63,786 nt of DNA, filler included, from Octopus bimaculoides (GCF_001194135.2; 4 parts of 4 records of this genome joined end to end with filler, not necessarily neighbours in it); one strand, 5' to 3'. Positions 10,819-23,664 are shown, counted from the first letter of the whole stretch. The notes: generated from the letters alone by a model not told the origin. Numbers and translations are program-made.

Positions 10819-11672
10819 ATATCTATCTAAATATATATGTGTGTGTGTACATATATATATATATGTGTGTGTGTGTGTGAATGTATATATATGTGTGTCT
10901 GTCTGTCTACCTGTATGTATGTATTTATTTATATCTGTGTGCGCATGTGTGTACCGAAGAATGTGCTTGTAAATTTGCATGGAAGTTCGTGCGACAGCAT
11001 CTGTATGATCATAATTTAAACACCATAACAATTCTCAATTTGACAAAACTTTCACTGTAGATTTCATGTTTTTTTTTTACTTCGTTTAAGAAGTCGTAAT
11101 ACATTTTTCATCACCTCTCTTTAATTGAAGGAAAACGTAACAAAATATCTAGTTTTGTAAAGAAACAATTTTACTTTATTTACCTTTTTTTAATTTTCTT
11201 ACAACTCCTAATACAAGTTCTCGTTTTTCTATAGTTACAGTTTTGTTTCTTGTTTTTTTTGTTTGTTCATTTTTTTCATTTAAAATTACGGCAATGTACA
11301 CCTTTCTTTTCTGCTCAAAGCTGCAACATTGAATTTTTTTTACTGATTGTACTGATGAGCAAAATGAAGGTTTTTCATCAAATAAATCAGATAATAACCG
11401 CTCTTAGAATAAAAGATTGCCTTTGCTCAAGATATAAAATCTGATTTACAGATCTCTTTATCGGGATACATTTTAAAATTTCTTTGACATTGGAAAGTAA
11501 TAAATTGAAAAATGATTAGATGCATGAATAGCTTGAAATAGATAGTGAAGTCGATCTTTCAGTAAACTGAAATATATTCGCAAGGGGGAAATTGTGAAAA
11601 CAAACGAGATTCTTTAAATGAAATGAATGTTTCGACCAAGTAATTGGTTTTAAATAAGAAGTTACGAATATC

Positions 11673-11711
<39 letters not shown>

Positions 11712-11874
11712 GTTCAGTAGTTTTATTTTTATAAAGTGCTTTCACTTCACTACCGAGCGCAGCTCTGTGCGCCTTGGGTATGTGCTGTGGTTTGCTGTGG
11801 TGCTCTTATGTTTACTGTATTGAAAGTGTTTTGCGTAGAATGTGTGCAGTACCCAGTAGTGCAATTTTCTGTAT
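11712..11874 (-). mobile_element. 5'-truncated Dong/R4-like (RLE) LINE 3' end inserted in (TAA)n
   Basis: Encodes IQKIALLGTAHILRKTLSIQ* plus a ~100-nt 3' UTR nearly identical to 62095-62256. TAA tracts lie on both sides (11677-11711 and 11875-12003). Confidence 0.85.
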
Positions 11875-11916
11875 ATTATTATTATTGTTATTATTATTAT
11901 TATCATTATTATTATA

Positions 11917-11951
<35 letters not shown>

Positions 11952-12473
11952 CATTATTATTATTATTATTATTATTATCATTAATATTATTATTATTATT
12001 AGTNNNNNNNNNNNNNNNNNNNNNNNNNNNNNNNNNNNNNNNNNNNNNNNNNNNNNNNNNNNNNNNNNNNNNNNNNNNNNNNNNNNNNNNNNNNNNNNNN
12101 NNNNNNNNNNNNNNNNNNNNNNNNNNNNNNNNNNNNNNNNNNNNNNNNNNNNNNNNNNNNNNNNNNNNNNNNNNNNNNNNNNNNNNNNNNNNNNNNNNNN
12201 NNNNNNNNNNNNNNNNNNNNNNNNNNNNNNNNNNNNNNNNNNNNNNNNNNNNNNNNNNNNNNNNNNNNNNNNNNNNNNNNNNNNNNNNNNNNNNNNNNNN
12301 NNNNNNNNNNNNNNNNNNNNNNNNNNNNNNNNNNNNNNNNNNNNNNNNNNNNNNNNNNNNNNNNNNNNNNNNNNNNNNNNNNNNNNNNNNNNNNNNNNNN
12401 NNNNNNNNNNNNNNNNNNNNNNNNNNNNNNNNNNNNNNNNNNNNGTGCTTCCTTAAAACTTTTTGTGTTGTAA

Positions 12474-12893
12474 GGCGTCGAGCTGGCAGAAACGTTAGCA
12501 CACCAGGCAAAATACTTAGCGGTAGTCCCTCTGCCGTTTTGTTCGAAGTTCAAATTCCGCCAAGGTCGACTTTGCATTTCATCCTTTCGGGGTCGATACA
12601 TTAAGTACCAGTTACGCACTGGGGTCGATATAATCGACTTAATCCCTTTGTCTGTCCTTGTTTGTCCCCTTTATGTTTAGCCCCTTGTGGGCAATGAAGA
12701 AATAAGAAACGTTAGCATGCCAGGCGAAATGCTCAGCGGTATATTGTTACGTTCTGAGTTCAAATTCCGCCGAGGACGACTTTGCCTTTCATCCTTTGGA
12801 ATCGATAAATTAAGTACCACTTGCGTACTGCGCTTGATCTAATAGACTCCCCTCCCCCCAATTTCTGTCATTGTGCCTACAATAACAAAGAAT
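12474..12893 (+). mobile_element. SINE family A, dimeric arrangement
   Basis: A1 tail ...GGGCAATGAAGAAATAAGAA is joined directly to ACGTTAGCATGCCAGGCG of a second monomer, the same junction as at ~1170. Confidence 0.85.
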
Positions 12894-13496
12894 ATTTTTG
12901 TCTTGCAATGCAGTAGTGGAATAACGTATGGTGCGCTTTATGGCTACAATTAGATGATATGTACGAGCACAAACGTGAAAGTAATATTGAATCATTTCAT
13001 TAGAACAAATAATGTGTAGTGTCAGTACCGGCTTACACATTACAGACGATGTTAATTGATTTCTAACGAATATAATTTCAATCTGACCAATTTGAAACTG
13101 CAAAGTAGACATCTGTACAACAATACAGACCTTAATCTGAAGGCTGTTGTATTAAGCTTATGAGTGTGGCAGTTATAATAACAGAATTATGAGATCCTTG
13201 CATGGCAAATGTATATACGCTTGAGAATATTACATCCATACATATACATAAATACTTTCCAGTGCATGTATAGGTTTGCATATGTATACGTGTGTGCATG
13301 TGTGTGTGTGTGGATTGGTAAGTATAAATATAAATGAATGTGTATGAGTATTTAATTCGTATGCGTCCGTATACGTATGTATGAGGCTAACACACAAACA
13401 CACACATATATGTATATATGCATGTGTGACTATGTATGCATATACACGGCTGTGCCCTAGCATGTCAGCAGCTCTCAAAACTGAAACTAGAAAATA

Positions 13497-13829
13497 GGTA
13501 ACCATGATAAGACTGCGAGTTTCGGATGCCGGGGCAGAAACCCACGCCGCCATCTCTTCAGTTATTTGAGCATTGAAAAATGCTATAAAAATGACCGTTA
13601 AACAAAGGTGTGGTTGACCCTTATTAAGAACAAAGTGCTATTAGAATGACCCCTCACTTAGCGGTCATTCTCATAGCTCTTTTGTCTTAATAACAGTCAA
13701 TCTCACAGTAATTTCCCTTTGTTTAACCTGTCATTTTCATAGCATTTTTCAATGGCCATATAGCTGAAGAGATGTTGGTGTGGGCTCCTACCCTGGCATC
13801 CGAAACTCGGAGTTTTATCATGGCTACCG
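13497..13829. mobile_element. ~333-bp near-perfect palindromic MITE with TA flanks (Tc1/mariner-like)
   Basis: GGTAACCATGATAAGACTGCGAGTTTCGGATGCC...CATCTCTTCAG mirrors CTGAAGAGATG...GGCATCCGAAACTCGGAGTTTTATCATGGCTACCG; TA at 13495-96 and 13830-31. Confidence 0.8.
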
Positions 13830-13919
13830 TATAAGTGTCACATATTTTTTACAGATAAATTCCTCTATTTACATAATCTCGAGGTCTCTTTCTTTCTTTT
13901 GTTGTCTTTTCTATCAATG

Positions 13920-13977
<58 letters not shown>

Positions 13978-14034
13978 TGTGTGTCTGTGTGGGGGTGTGT
14001 GTGTGTGTGTGTGTATGTATTTAGCTCCTCTCGC

Positions 14035-14581
14035 AGCAAACCATCAAGGTTCTTGAAAAAGTGGTAGTCGGTAGGAAAAAGGTCTGGGGATTAGGCTGGG
14101 TGGGGAAGAAATTCATAGCAAAGATCCCTCAATTTCTGTAGCATCATTAGTGAAACATGTGTTCGACTATTGTCATGAAGAATGATTGGCCCAGGAGGAG
14201 TAGCGGTTTTTCGTTCATTTTAGGAATTTCATGGAAATATGTCTCTGCAGTATTGGTGTTGCTTTGTTTTAAGTTATAATGGATGAGTCCAGCAGTACAC
14301 CACCAAGCAGTAACTATAACCTCCTTTTTGAAGAGCTCGGGTTTAGGGAAAGTTTTCGGTGCTTCATTTTTGTCCATCCACAGCGAAGAAAGTCTTTTTA
14401 TCATTGCACAGAAACCATTTTTCATCGCAAGTTAAAATACGGTAAATTTATTGATGCATTTTGGACAAGTATAAGTCTGTATTGTCAGACAATTGCAAAA
14501 AATAAACAAATCTTTAAAAGCAATTCAAAAATCCGATACAAATTCGCCATGGCTCAAAACGTTACTTTTTACTCCGCCTGA
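14035..14581 (-). mobile_element. Mariner transposase relic (internally deleted)
   Basis: ORF 14147-14425 contains APKTFPKPEL...VTAWWCTAGLIHY; the downstream frame reads LPHPA*SPDLFPTDYHFFKNL (mariner YSPDLAPxDY motif). A TIR-like end TA|TCAGGCGGAGTAAAAAGTAA lies at 14583-14562. Confidence 0.9.
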
Positions 14582-14979
14582 TATATATATATATGTATAT
14601 ATATTTAGAATTTAGAATGGGATTCCTTCTTTTCCTTCTTTTCTTCTCTCCATGTCCAACGTACTGTCTTGTAGCGCTGCAACCTCCAACGTTTTTTTCA
14701 AATAAGTTACATAGCAATCTTCTCTACCTACAGTTCGGTTAAAATGTCTTACGGTTAAATTGGTTCCTATGTATTTCCCTGAAGAGAAGATTACATCTTT
14801 ATCAACATCATTTATTCCTTTGGAAGGAACCATTTGTAATCTTCGAAACATATGTTGGAAATAAAAGAATTCATTCAACATATACGTATTACTCCATATA
14901 TATATATATATATATGGGAGAATGTACGCAAAAAACACTCAAGGACAGATGGTGTAAACAACAAAACGANNNNNNNNNN

Positions 14980-15064
<85 letters not shown>

Positions 15065-16780
15065 TTGTGTGTATACATATTATATGTTCATATGGTGTGT
15101 ATGCATGCTTCTGTATGAATATCTCTATCTACGTATGATTTATTGACTTTAAGTGATAGATATAGTTTTATTGCCGAAAACACTGAATATATTTGTATTA
15201 TTTGATAGTAGGGTACGATGTAAGCAGTAGCATACAAAATGGATTGAAACTATTCACCGTCGAAATCTGTGAAGTGTTATTATTTTTGGCTTCCTTTTTT
15301 TCGATAAGATTTGTTGTTTAAAAACAAGAAAAAAACATTATTTGGATATATAAGCTGAGAAAAAGTAGATTCATATTCAGATATAGTCAGCAGTGTGTAA
15401 GATATAACAATATATATTTCTTCATAGATATTATAATGATACATCATTACGATAAATAACAGCAATCAATATTTAATTTCCACTTCACTTGTGGAGTTAA
15501 AATATATAAGAAAGAAATATCTCTCTGCACCAAAGCGTGGAATAGTTTGATATACGAAACTGGTAGATAGTTATACCAAATACTGAAAAGATAAGTAGCG
15601 TATGATCTCAGATTGGTTTCTTTCTTTTCACTTGGGTTACTATCAGCTTTAATAATATAATCGAAGCACAATGCCCTACTTTGAGACCTCAAAAGTGAAA
15701 TGAGAGCGAGTAGATTTGAATACGATTAATACAACCATATATTTTGACAGCTTGAAAGATGCAGACTGGAAAGATTTTTCATCACAGTGAATATAGTTGA
15801 CGTAAACTAAGTCTTTGCAAAACACTGAATGATCAGAGAAGAATTCAAACAAAAAAAATCAATAAAGTGGAATTTCTTTTTCTCTGCAACGATAAGCATA
15901 TGAATCTTGAGGCAGAGAAAGTAAAGATTGGTGAATATTTCTAATGAATATAGCTTGCTATCACAATTCCAGCTTGCAAAATGAATACAGAGTGAAATGT
16001 AAATACAGAGCGACCTTTTATGATTACAGGAAAAAATAGGTTCGGTTTTTCTTCCTAAAAGATGTTTGCTTGCACATTTTTTCATTACATTTAAGAAAGG
16101 ATATCCTCATCAGTGATTATTTATTTTACAAATATTGTATTTACACAAAGCCAACATTGCTTAATCGATATGTGACAGTCGAGAAAGTAATGATATTCAA
16201 CAATATTCAAAATATTAAGTAGACTATTTTAGGGGGGAAAAAATCAATATGTTAGACACTGGCATTAGTCATCAAAGAAATACATTGGTACTTTAAATAA
16301 AGAAAGTTTTATTTTTGATTTAGAATTTAAGAAATAAAATGCATTGTTACCCAACTTAAAACGATTGTAGATTGTATAATGGTGCACCTAGCATTATTCA
16401 AAGCACATACACTTTCAATAGTTCTTGAAGAGAATACCTTTGAACAATAGCAAATACATGTATCTTAACCTTTTTTATATCTATTAACATCAAATCGTGT
16501 CATATAAATAATGTAATTTTTTTTTATTAAGCCAAAAGAAAAAAAATCAGTTTTGCACATATTAAAATTAAAATATTAAAATAAATTTTTATAGTTAAGG
16601 CAATGTCTCCTTCAATAATAAAATTTTCAAAAGCATTATTGATTTCTTTTCAGATTCCAAACAACAGCCATGAAAGGGATAGTGTATATATGTTTAAATC
16701 ATCAGCAAACACATTTCTACATGATATATAAAACATTGCAGTAAAAACCGAAGCAGTATTTAGTATTTAGTTTCGCTAAG

Positions 16781-16995
16781 AAGGTGAGCTAGCTAAACCG
16801 TCGGCACGTTGGACAAAATGCTTAACGGCATTTCGTCCGTCTTCGCGTCCTGAGTTCAAATTCCGCCGAAGTCGAATTTACCTTTCGTCCTTTCAGGTTT
16901 GATAAAATAAGTAATACTTTAATGTTTGGCTTAATGTAATCGATTTACTCCCTCCCATAAAAATCCTGGCCCTGTGCCGACATTTGCCACCAACA
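16781..16995 (+). mobile_element. SINE family A (diverged)
   Basis: CTGAGTTCAAATTCCGCCGAAGTCG B-box region and family body. Confidence 0.8.
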
Positions 16996-17227
16996 TTTAA
17001 TTTCGTTTCACAGTGTTCAATACCTACCGAATCGACATTTTCAGCCAACAGTCTAGGGAAGTGAGGATGGGTGAGAAACAAAAATATCACACATACACAG
17101 CCAAAAGTCACGCACAAAAGAAGTTCAATACGCTCAGGAATTGTCAAAGACGGGTTTCAATTTGACTAAAATTGAATAAAATAGATAAAATAAAAGAGTA
17201 TACACATGATCAACAAAACAAATAATA

Positions 17228-17434
17228 ATAATCTTGTTTACTCTAGGCAAAAAGCCTGAAATTAGAGTGAGAGGAGACTAGGTGATTAGATCGTCCTCAG
17301 TACGCAACTGGTACTTAATTTATCAACACCGAAAGGGTGAAAGGCAAAGTCGACCTCGGCGGAATTTGAACACAGAACATAAACACAAATGAAATACCAC
17401 TAAGTATTACACTCGGCGTTCTAAACGCCGCCTT
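17228..17434 (-). mobile_element. SINE family A, A2-tailed
   Basis: Reverse complement AAGGCAAAGTCGACCTCGGCGGAATTTGAAC. Confidence 0.85.
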
Positions 17435-17613
17435 AACGCCGCCTTGATAATATTGACATAAAAATAAAATGTCAATTGTTAGATGCACGACTTGTAGCCC
17501 ACACTCTGAATGTATATGCGTGTGTGTGTGTGTGAGAGAGAGAGTATGATTGTATATATATGTATATTGTATGTACATACATATATTACATATATATATA
17601 TATATATATCGTG

Positions 17614-17646
<33 letters not shown>

Positions 17647-18777
17647 TTTAGAGAAGAGCTTTGGAGACAAAATTACATACAGGCAGCTCATTGTAACAAA
17701 ATAAATTTTAGGTACCTTCAATATTGCCTATCACTAACTTCAGATACTATTACAGCTATATACATTTATGCATATATATANNNNNNNNNNNNNNNNNNNN
17801 NNNNNNNNNNNNNNNNNNNNNNNNNNNNNNNNNNNNNNNNNNNNNNNNNNNNNNNNNNNNNNNNNNNNNNNNNNNNNNNNNNNNNNNNNNNNNNNNNNNN
17901 NNNNNNNNNNNNNNNNNNNNNNNNNNNNNNNNNNNNNNNNNNNNNNNNNNNNNNNNNNNNNNNNNNNNNNNNNNNNNNNNNNNNNNNNNNNNNNNNNNNN
18001 NNNNNNNNNNNNNNNNNNNNNNNNNNNNNNNNNNNNNNNNNNNNNNNNNNNNNNNNNNNNNNNNNNNNNNNNNNNNNNNNNNNNNNNNNNNNNNNNNNNN
18101 NNNNNNNNNNNNNNNNNNNNNNNNNNNNNNNNNNNNNNNNNNNNNNNNNNNNNNNNNNNNNNNNNNNNNNNNNNNNNNNNNNNNNNNNNNNNNNNNNNNN
18201 NNNNNNNNNNNNNNNNNNNNNNNNNNNNNNNNNNNNNNNNNNNNNNNNNNNNNNNNNNNNNNNNNNNNNNNNNNNNNNNNNNNNNNNNNNNNNNNNNNNN
18301 NNNNNNNNNNNNNNNNNNNNNNNNNNNNNNNNNNNNNNNNNNNNNNNNNNNNNNNNNNNNNNNNNNNNNNNNNNNNNNNNNNNNNNNNNNNNNNNNNNNN
18401 NNNNNNNNNNNNNNNNNNNNNNNNNNNNNNNNNNNNNNNNNNNNNNNNNNNNNNNNNNNNNNNNNNNNNNNNNNNNNNNNNNNNNNNNNNNNNNNNNNNN
18501 NNNNNNNNNNNNNNNNNNNNNNNNNNNNNNNNNNNNNNNNNNNNNNNNNNNNNNNNNNNNNNNNNNNNNNNNNNNNNNNNNNNNNNNNNNNNNNNNNNNN
18601 NNNNNNNNNNNNNNNNNNNNNNNNNNNNNNNNNNNNNNNNNNNNNNNNNNNNNNNNNNNNNNNNNNNNNNNNNNNNNNNNNNNNNNNNNNNNNNNNNNNN
18701 NNNNNNNNNNNNNNNNNNNNNNNNNNNNNNNNNNNNNNNNNNNNNNNNNNNNNNNNNNNNNNNNNNNNNNNNNNNNN

Positions 18778-18952
18778 AAACAAGGACAGACAAACGGATT
18801 AAGTCGATTATATCGACCCCAGTGCGTAACTGGTACTTAATTTATCGACCCCGAAAGGATGAAAGGCAAAGTCGACCTCGGCGGAATTTGAACTCAGAAC
18901 GCAGTGGCAGACGAAATAACGCTAAGCATTTCGCCCGGCGTGCTAACGATCC
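18778..18952 (-). mobile_element. SINE family A, A1-tailed; tail runs into a gap
   Basis: CAAGGACAGACAAACGGATTAAGTCGATT...GGCGGAATTTGAACTCAGAAC. Confidence 0.85.
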
Positions 18953-19117
18953 GTGAATTAAAATATTTTCTTATGTTCTCTGTCATATTACTTTACATGG
19001 ATGTGTACATATACTTATACACGTACTGACATACATACGTGTATGTATGTACGTATGTATGTATGCCTGTATGTATATATGTATGTATGTATGTGTATAT
19101 ATATGTACACATATATC

Positions 19118-19155
<38 letters not shown>

Positions 19156-19199
19156 NNNNNNNNNNNNNNNNNNNNNNNNNNNNNNNNNNNNNNNNNNNN

Positions 19200-19211
19200 T
19201 TAATTAATTAA
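19200..19211. other. Assembly gap pad (44 N + TTAATTAATTAA + 44 N = 100 bp); repeated at 50163-50174 and 61841-61852
   Basis: The identical 12-mer is centred in identical 100-bp N blocks three times, which indicates an artificial linker. Confidence 0.95.
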
Positions 19212-19255
19212 NNNNNNNNNNNNNNNNNNNNNNNNNNNNNNNNNNNNNNNNNNNN

Positions 19256-19299
<44 letters not shown>

Positions 19300-19300
<1 letters not shown>

Positions 19301-19500
19301 CGTCATTTAATGTCCATTTGCCATGCGGGCATGGGTTCGATGGTTTGAACAGAGCTGACAAGCTGGAGAGCTGTACTAGACTTCAGTCTGATTTGATTAG
19401 AAATGGTTTCTTTGACTGGATGCCCTTCCTAACACCATCCACTTTACAGAGTGTGCTGGCTGCTTTCACATGGCACTGCACAAGTGCTTTTACATGGCAC
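19300..19500 (-). mobile_element. RTE-like 3' repeat (family D)
   Basis: CATTTAATGTCC...GACTGGATGCCCTTCCTAAC; homologous to 41645-42000 and 49871-50118. Confidence 0.6.
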
Positions 19501-20390
19501 ACACACACACACACACATACATATATACATACATACTTACATACATACATATATATAATGTGTGTGTATATAAAATTTCATAAGTTGCAATGTGCCTGTA
19601 TGTGTGTGTTTCTGTAATATGTTTGAGTTCTAAACATCAGTATTATTAATGAATGCATTTTGTAACCTAGCTGTCCAATATAGAGATCAATAAACTAAGA
19701 ACAGGCAGAAGGGTATGAGCTAAACCCAGTTCTGCAACTAAACTCAATAAGAAAACTGAAAGAATGTATATATGCATATACAAGTGTATATACTAGTGTC
19801 TGTGTCCATATGTGTGTGTGTGTCTGTGTGTGTGTGTATAATGCTAGTACATATTGTTAACATGTTTATGCTAATGTGATTGTGTTTATTCATGTGTATG
19901 TGCATGTATTCTCATTGTGTAAGATTAGTGAATTAAGAAAGTGGCTTAGGATGTTGTATGAAAAGTTTTTAATGAAGCAAGTGGGAGTCATTAGTCAGTG
20001 ACCTTAGGGGCTGTCTTTTATAGAGAAGGGACATAACAGTAGAGGAAGGTGAACTGGTATCATCCCTAATGTCTGACTTTTCAGTACTTGCTGTCATCAT
20101 TATTATAGGGAACCCAGTAGGGTGTGTTTGTGTTTTAGCTGTCTTTGTGCTGCACTGTTTGACTGGCTTGGATGGCTGTGGTATTATTGGTTGTCATGTG
20201 ACTGAGATAGTGGTTATTATTTAACCCCCGGTCAGCCCTGATTGAGCAGACCTATGATCAAATGTGTTTAAGTTGTAACCTTCTCATCTCTTATTCAGAC
20301 ATGGTGTATCTAGGACTGCTTTATGTAATGTGTGTTTCTTACTTTTAGGTAGTAAGAAGTAATTTGAGTGAGTTTTGTCTGCTATCTTTA

Positions 20391-20765
20391 TAGGCACAGG
20401 AGTGGCTGTGTGGTAAGTAACATGCTTACCAACCAGATGATCCCACTATGTAGCACCTTGGGCAAGTGTCTTCTATTATAGCCTCAGGCTGACCAAAGCC
20501 TTGTGAGTGGATTTGTTAGATGGAAACTGAAAGAAGCCCATCATATATGTATGTATATGTTTGTGTGTCTGTTCTTTGTCCCACCCCACCATCGCTTGAC
20601 AACCAATGCTGGTGTGTTTACATCCCCATAACTTAGTGGTTCGGCAAAAGAGACAGATAGAATAAGTACTAGGCTTACAAAGAATAAGTCCTGGGGTCGA
20701 TTTGTTTGACTAAAGGTGGTGCTTCAGCATGGCCGCAGTCACATGTCTTAAACAAATAAAAGAAT
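20391..20765 (+). mobile_element. SINE family B, full length, CpG-decayed
   Basis: Runs from head ATAGGCACAGGAGTGGCTGTGTGG to tail CAGCATGGCCGCAGTC; family CCCGTCGTAT reads CCCATCATAT here. Confidence 0.9.
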
Positions 20766-20807
20766 AGAAGAATACCTCTATCAGGTCAAGCAACCATCAT
20801 ATATATT

Positions 20808-21441
20808 CTCTTATTCTTTTACTTGTTCCAGTCATTTGACTGTGGCCATGCTGGAGCACCATCTTGAAGGGTTTAGTTCAGGGTTTCTCAACTATTTCTT
20901 GTCTATGAACCCCTTCGATTACTATTTTATTATGGTGGACCCCCATAGCCATTTGATGTTTAAAAACTAGTTTTATAGAAACTTCTTTCAAAATTCCTAT
21001 TTTGTTTTTCACATATCAACTTGTGTAAGTTGAACTGTGTAAAATGTTAGAGAAAGAAACTTTGCTGTTTCTTGCAATACATACATTTAAAGCAAAATTT
21101 TTTCAGGGGCCCTTAAAATACAACCATGGGTCCCAATTTGCTATTTTGCTTGTTTGGACCCACAAAAATCTTATATGGACCCTGGTTGAGAACTACTGGT
21201 TTAGTTGAACAAATTGAGCCCAGGACTTTTTTCTTAAAGCCTAGTATTCTATCGGTCTCTTTGCCAAACTGTTAAGTTACAGGGATGTAAACAAACCAAC
21301 AACGATTGTCAAATGGTGGTGGAAGACACACAGACACACACGTACACGCAAATATATATACATGCATACATATATACACATACAACAGGTTTCTTTCAGT
21401 TTTTATCTATCAAATCCGCTCACAAGGCTTTGGTCAGCTCA
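20808..21441 (-). mobile_element. SINE family B interrupted by a hAT MITE
   Basis: Tail at 20808-20878 resumes at 21199 (GTTTAGTTGAACAAATTGAGCCCAGG) and continues to a gap. Confidence 0.85.
20879..21198. mobile_element. hAT (Charlie-like) MITE, 320 bp
   Basis: Termini CAGGGTTTCTCAAC ... GTTGAGAACTACTG; 8-bp TSD GTTTAGTT at 20871-20878 and 21199-21206. Confidence 0.9.
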
Positions 21442-21548
21442 NNNNNNNNNNNNNNNNNNNNNNNNNNNNNNNNNNNNNNNNNNNNNNNNNNNNNNNNNNN
21501 NNNNNNNNNNNNNNNNNNNNNNNNNNNNNNNNNNNNNNNNNNNNNNNN

Positions 21549-21623
<75 letters not shown>

Positions 21624-23664
21624 TTTATATTGAACAGTGAGAATGTATGCTCAACACTGCATTGCTGGATAAATATTCTTTGTGTGAAGCATATATATAA
21701 ATATACACACACACACACACACAGAGCATCTCAATAATGGGACACATTTTATTTGTAATTTACAAGGTTGTGGGTACTTACCAATTCTTGTTCCACTCTT
21801 AGTTACTTGCATTTAAAGTGTGTCCCTTCATTATGTGACTCTTTGTGTGTGTGTGTTTGTGTGCGTGTGTGTGTGTTTATATATGTATGTGTTTATATAT
21901 GTGTATGTTGTATCTTCTGTGTACAAATAGATGTGTCAATGCTAATGTTAGATTTAGAGCACCACATAGCTTATCACAGTCCAGTCTGCTTCTTGTCTAG
22001 TGGTTAAGCAACTGCTATACTTAGTAGTATTACTAGTTATGATGACATACAGAGCAAATGTTATAGAAATTACAATAAACACAAGTTTATGTAGTTAGTC
22101 CCTACATATGTTTCACCATTGTGGTTGGTTTGGAACTCTGCATCAGATGTGCCAAGTGCAACTGAATGCTTAATCACAATGGATCATCAGATAAATGCAA
22201 ATATAATTCTCTCTCTCTCTACTGATTTCCACAATCTACGCTTGTAGTTTCTTCACTGGACATGAATTATGAGTTCATTTAAGACCTTAGATTGAACCAA
22301 GTGTGAATGCACACACCCCCAAAGTGTTTTTCTTTTTTCAATTTATTATTTTGGCAGTTACAAGCAACAGTATTCCTTGTCATAATTACATATTCTGTTA
22401 AGATTAAAGAGCTTTGATCTACATTGAAGCATATAATTGGTTATTTAGATTTATCTTTGATATCTAACCTATCTAACAAAACTCTGAGTTCAACTACTAT
22501 CATTTTTTTTTCTTTTTTCACTTAATGCAAAGCAAAGTGTTTTAGTGTCTTGATAAATATAGCTGCTATTTCTTAATCTTGATTGGTTTGCTTCCTCTCA
22601 CTTATAATGTCATTGCACTCTGACTGAAACAAGAGCAACTATTTTTACAGTATTTAGCCTCAGGGGAATTGGACAGGATTGAGTTTCTGTTCTTTCTCTT
22701 TTTTGGTCAGGAATGTGATTATGATGATGATGTGATGCAATGTTAAAACAATATTTTCTCAAGTCCACAAGGAGTAGTATAATTAATTAACTTGATCATA
22801 GTATATGGCTGGTACTTATTTTCATCATTATCAGTTTTATGTCCACTTTTCCACAGTATTGGTTAAACAGGAATGTTTGAGATTGCTTTGTAATTGGATG
22901 TCCTTTCTAAGGCTAAACCTTTTCGTTGTCTCATTACATGCAAGAATATGGTAGGCTTATCTAAAAACCAGGACACAAGGACATAGACATTATCAAGTCC
23001 AAACAGATGGACAGCTCACTGTTAATCAATCATTAAAATATTGGCCTACTGCTTAAAGGGTCAAAAGGTTGTACCCTGTTTCTAGTATTTATGCTCTCTT
23101 TGCTTACTTACAGTAGCTCAGTTCATCACCATCCTTGTTGAATACCCTGTTTCCCAAGCTGGCATGGGATGTATGACAGAAACCAACAAGCCAGAGGACG
23201 TCCCTGAGCAACATCTGCTCTGGCATGATTTTTTTTTACAGCTGGATGCTCTTCATGATTTCAAACACTTTACAAAATGTATCAATCTCTTTTTTTGGTG
23301 GCATCAGCAGTAGTGAAGTCACCAAGTACTCACAAGACAAGACCCCTCAACTGAGTGGGGTATAATATTGAAGAATGCAAAAGTATGATGGGACAGGACC
23401 AAGTGTCTTGCTGAAGAGTAGAATACATGGATTCCATATTCTGTTTTCTGTAGAGCATCAATAGTTGAAGCTGAAGTATCTATGGGCCCCAAACAGAAGG
23501 GCCAGTCATTGGAATGTAATCCTTGTTATATTAAGGATGTGCTTTCTCTTAGAGTTCCTTGGTGGTGGTAGAACCCAACAGTTAGACAGATTTTTGAATG
23601 TTGCCCAGGATTAAGTGGGAGGGGGTGTAACGACGTTTTCTTGATATAAATAGTATTTGTGTTT

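Noticed and set aside
14612-14938. 108-aa minus-strand ORF or internal exon (LQMVPSKGINDVDKDVIFSSGKYIGTNLT)
   Set aside because: It starts in a TA microsatellite, I recognise no homology, the splice signals are only moderate, and no partner exons are evident.
17560-18956. Long ORFs of 340-426 aa (and similar ones at 11.8-12.6, 45.0-45.8 and 47.6-48.2 kb)
   Set aside because: They consist almost entirely of X from N gaps plus microsatellite or SINE sequence.
19200-19211. TTAATTAATTAA recurring three times, as a biological motif
   Set aside because: Each copy is centred in an identical 100-bp N block (44+12+44); it is an assembly linker.
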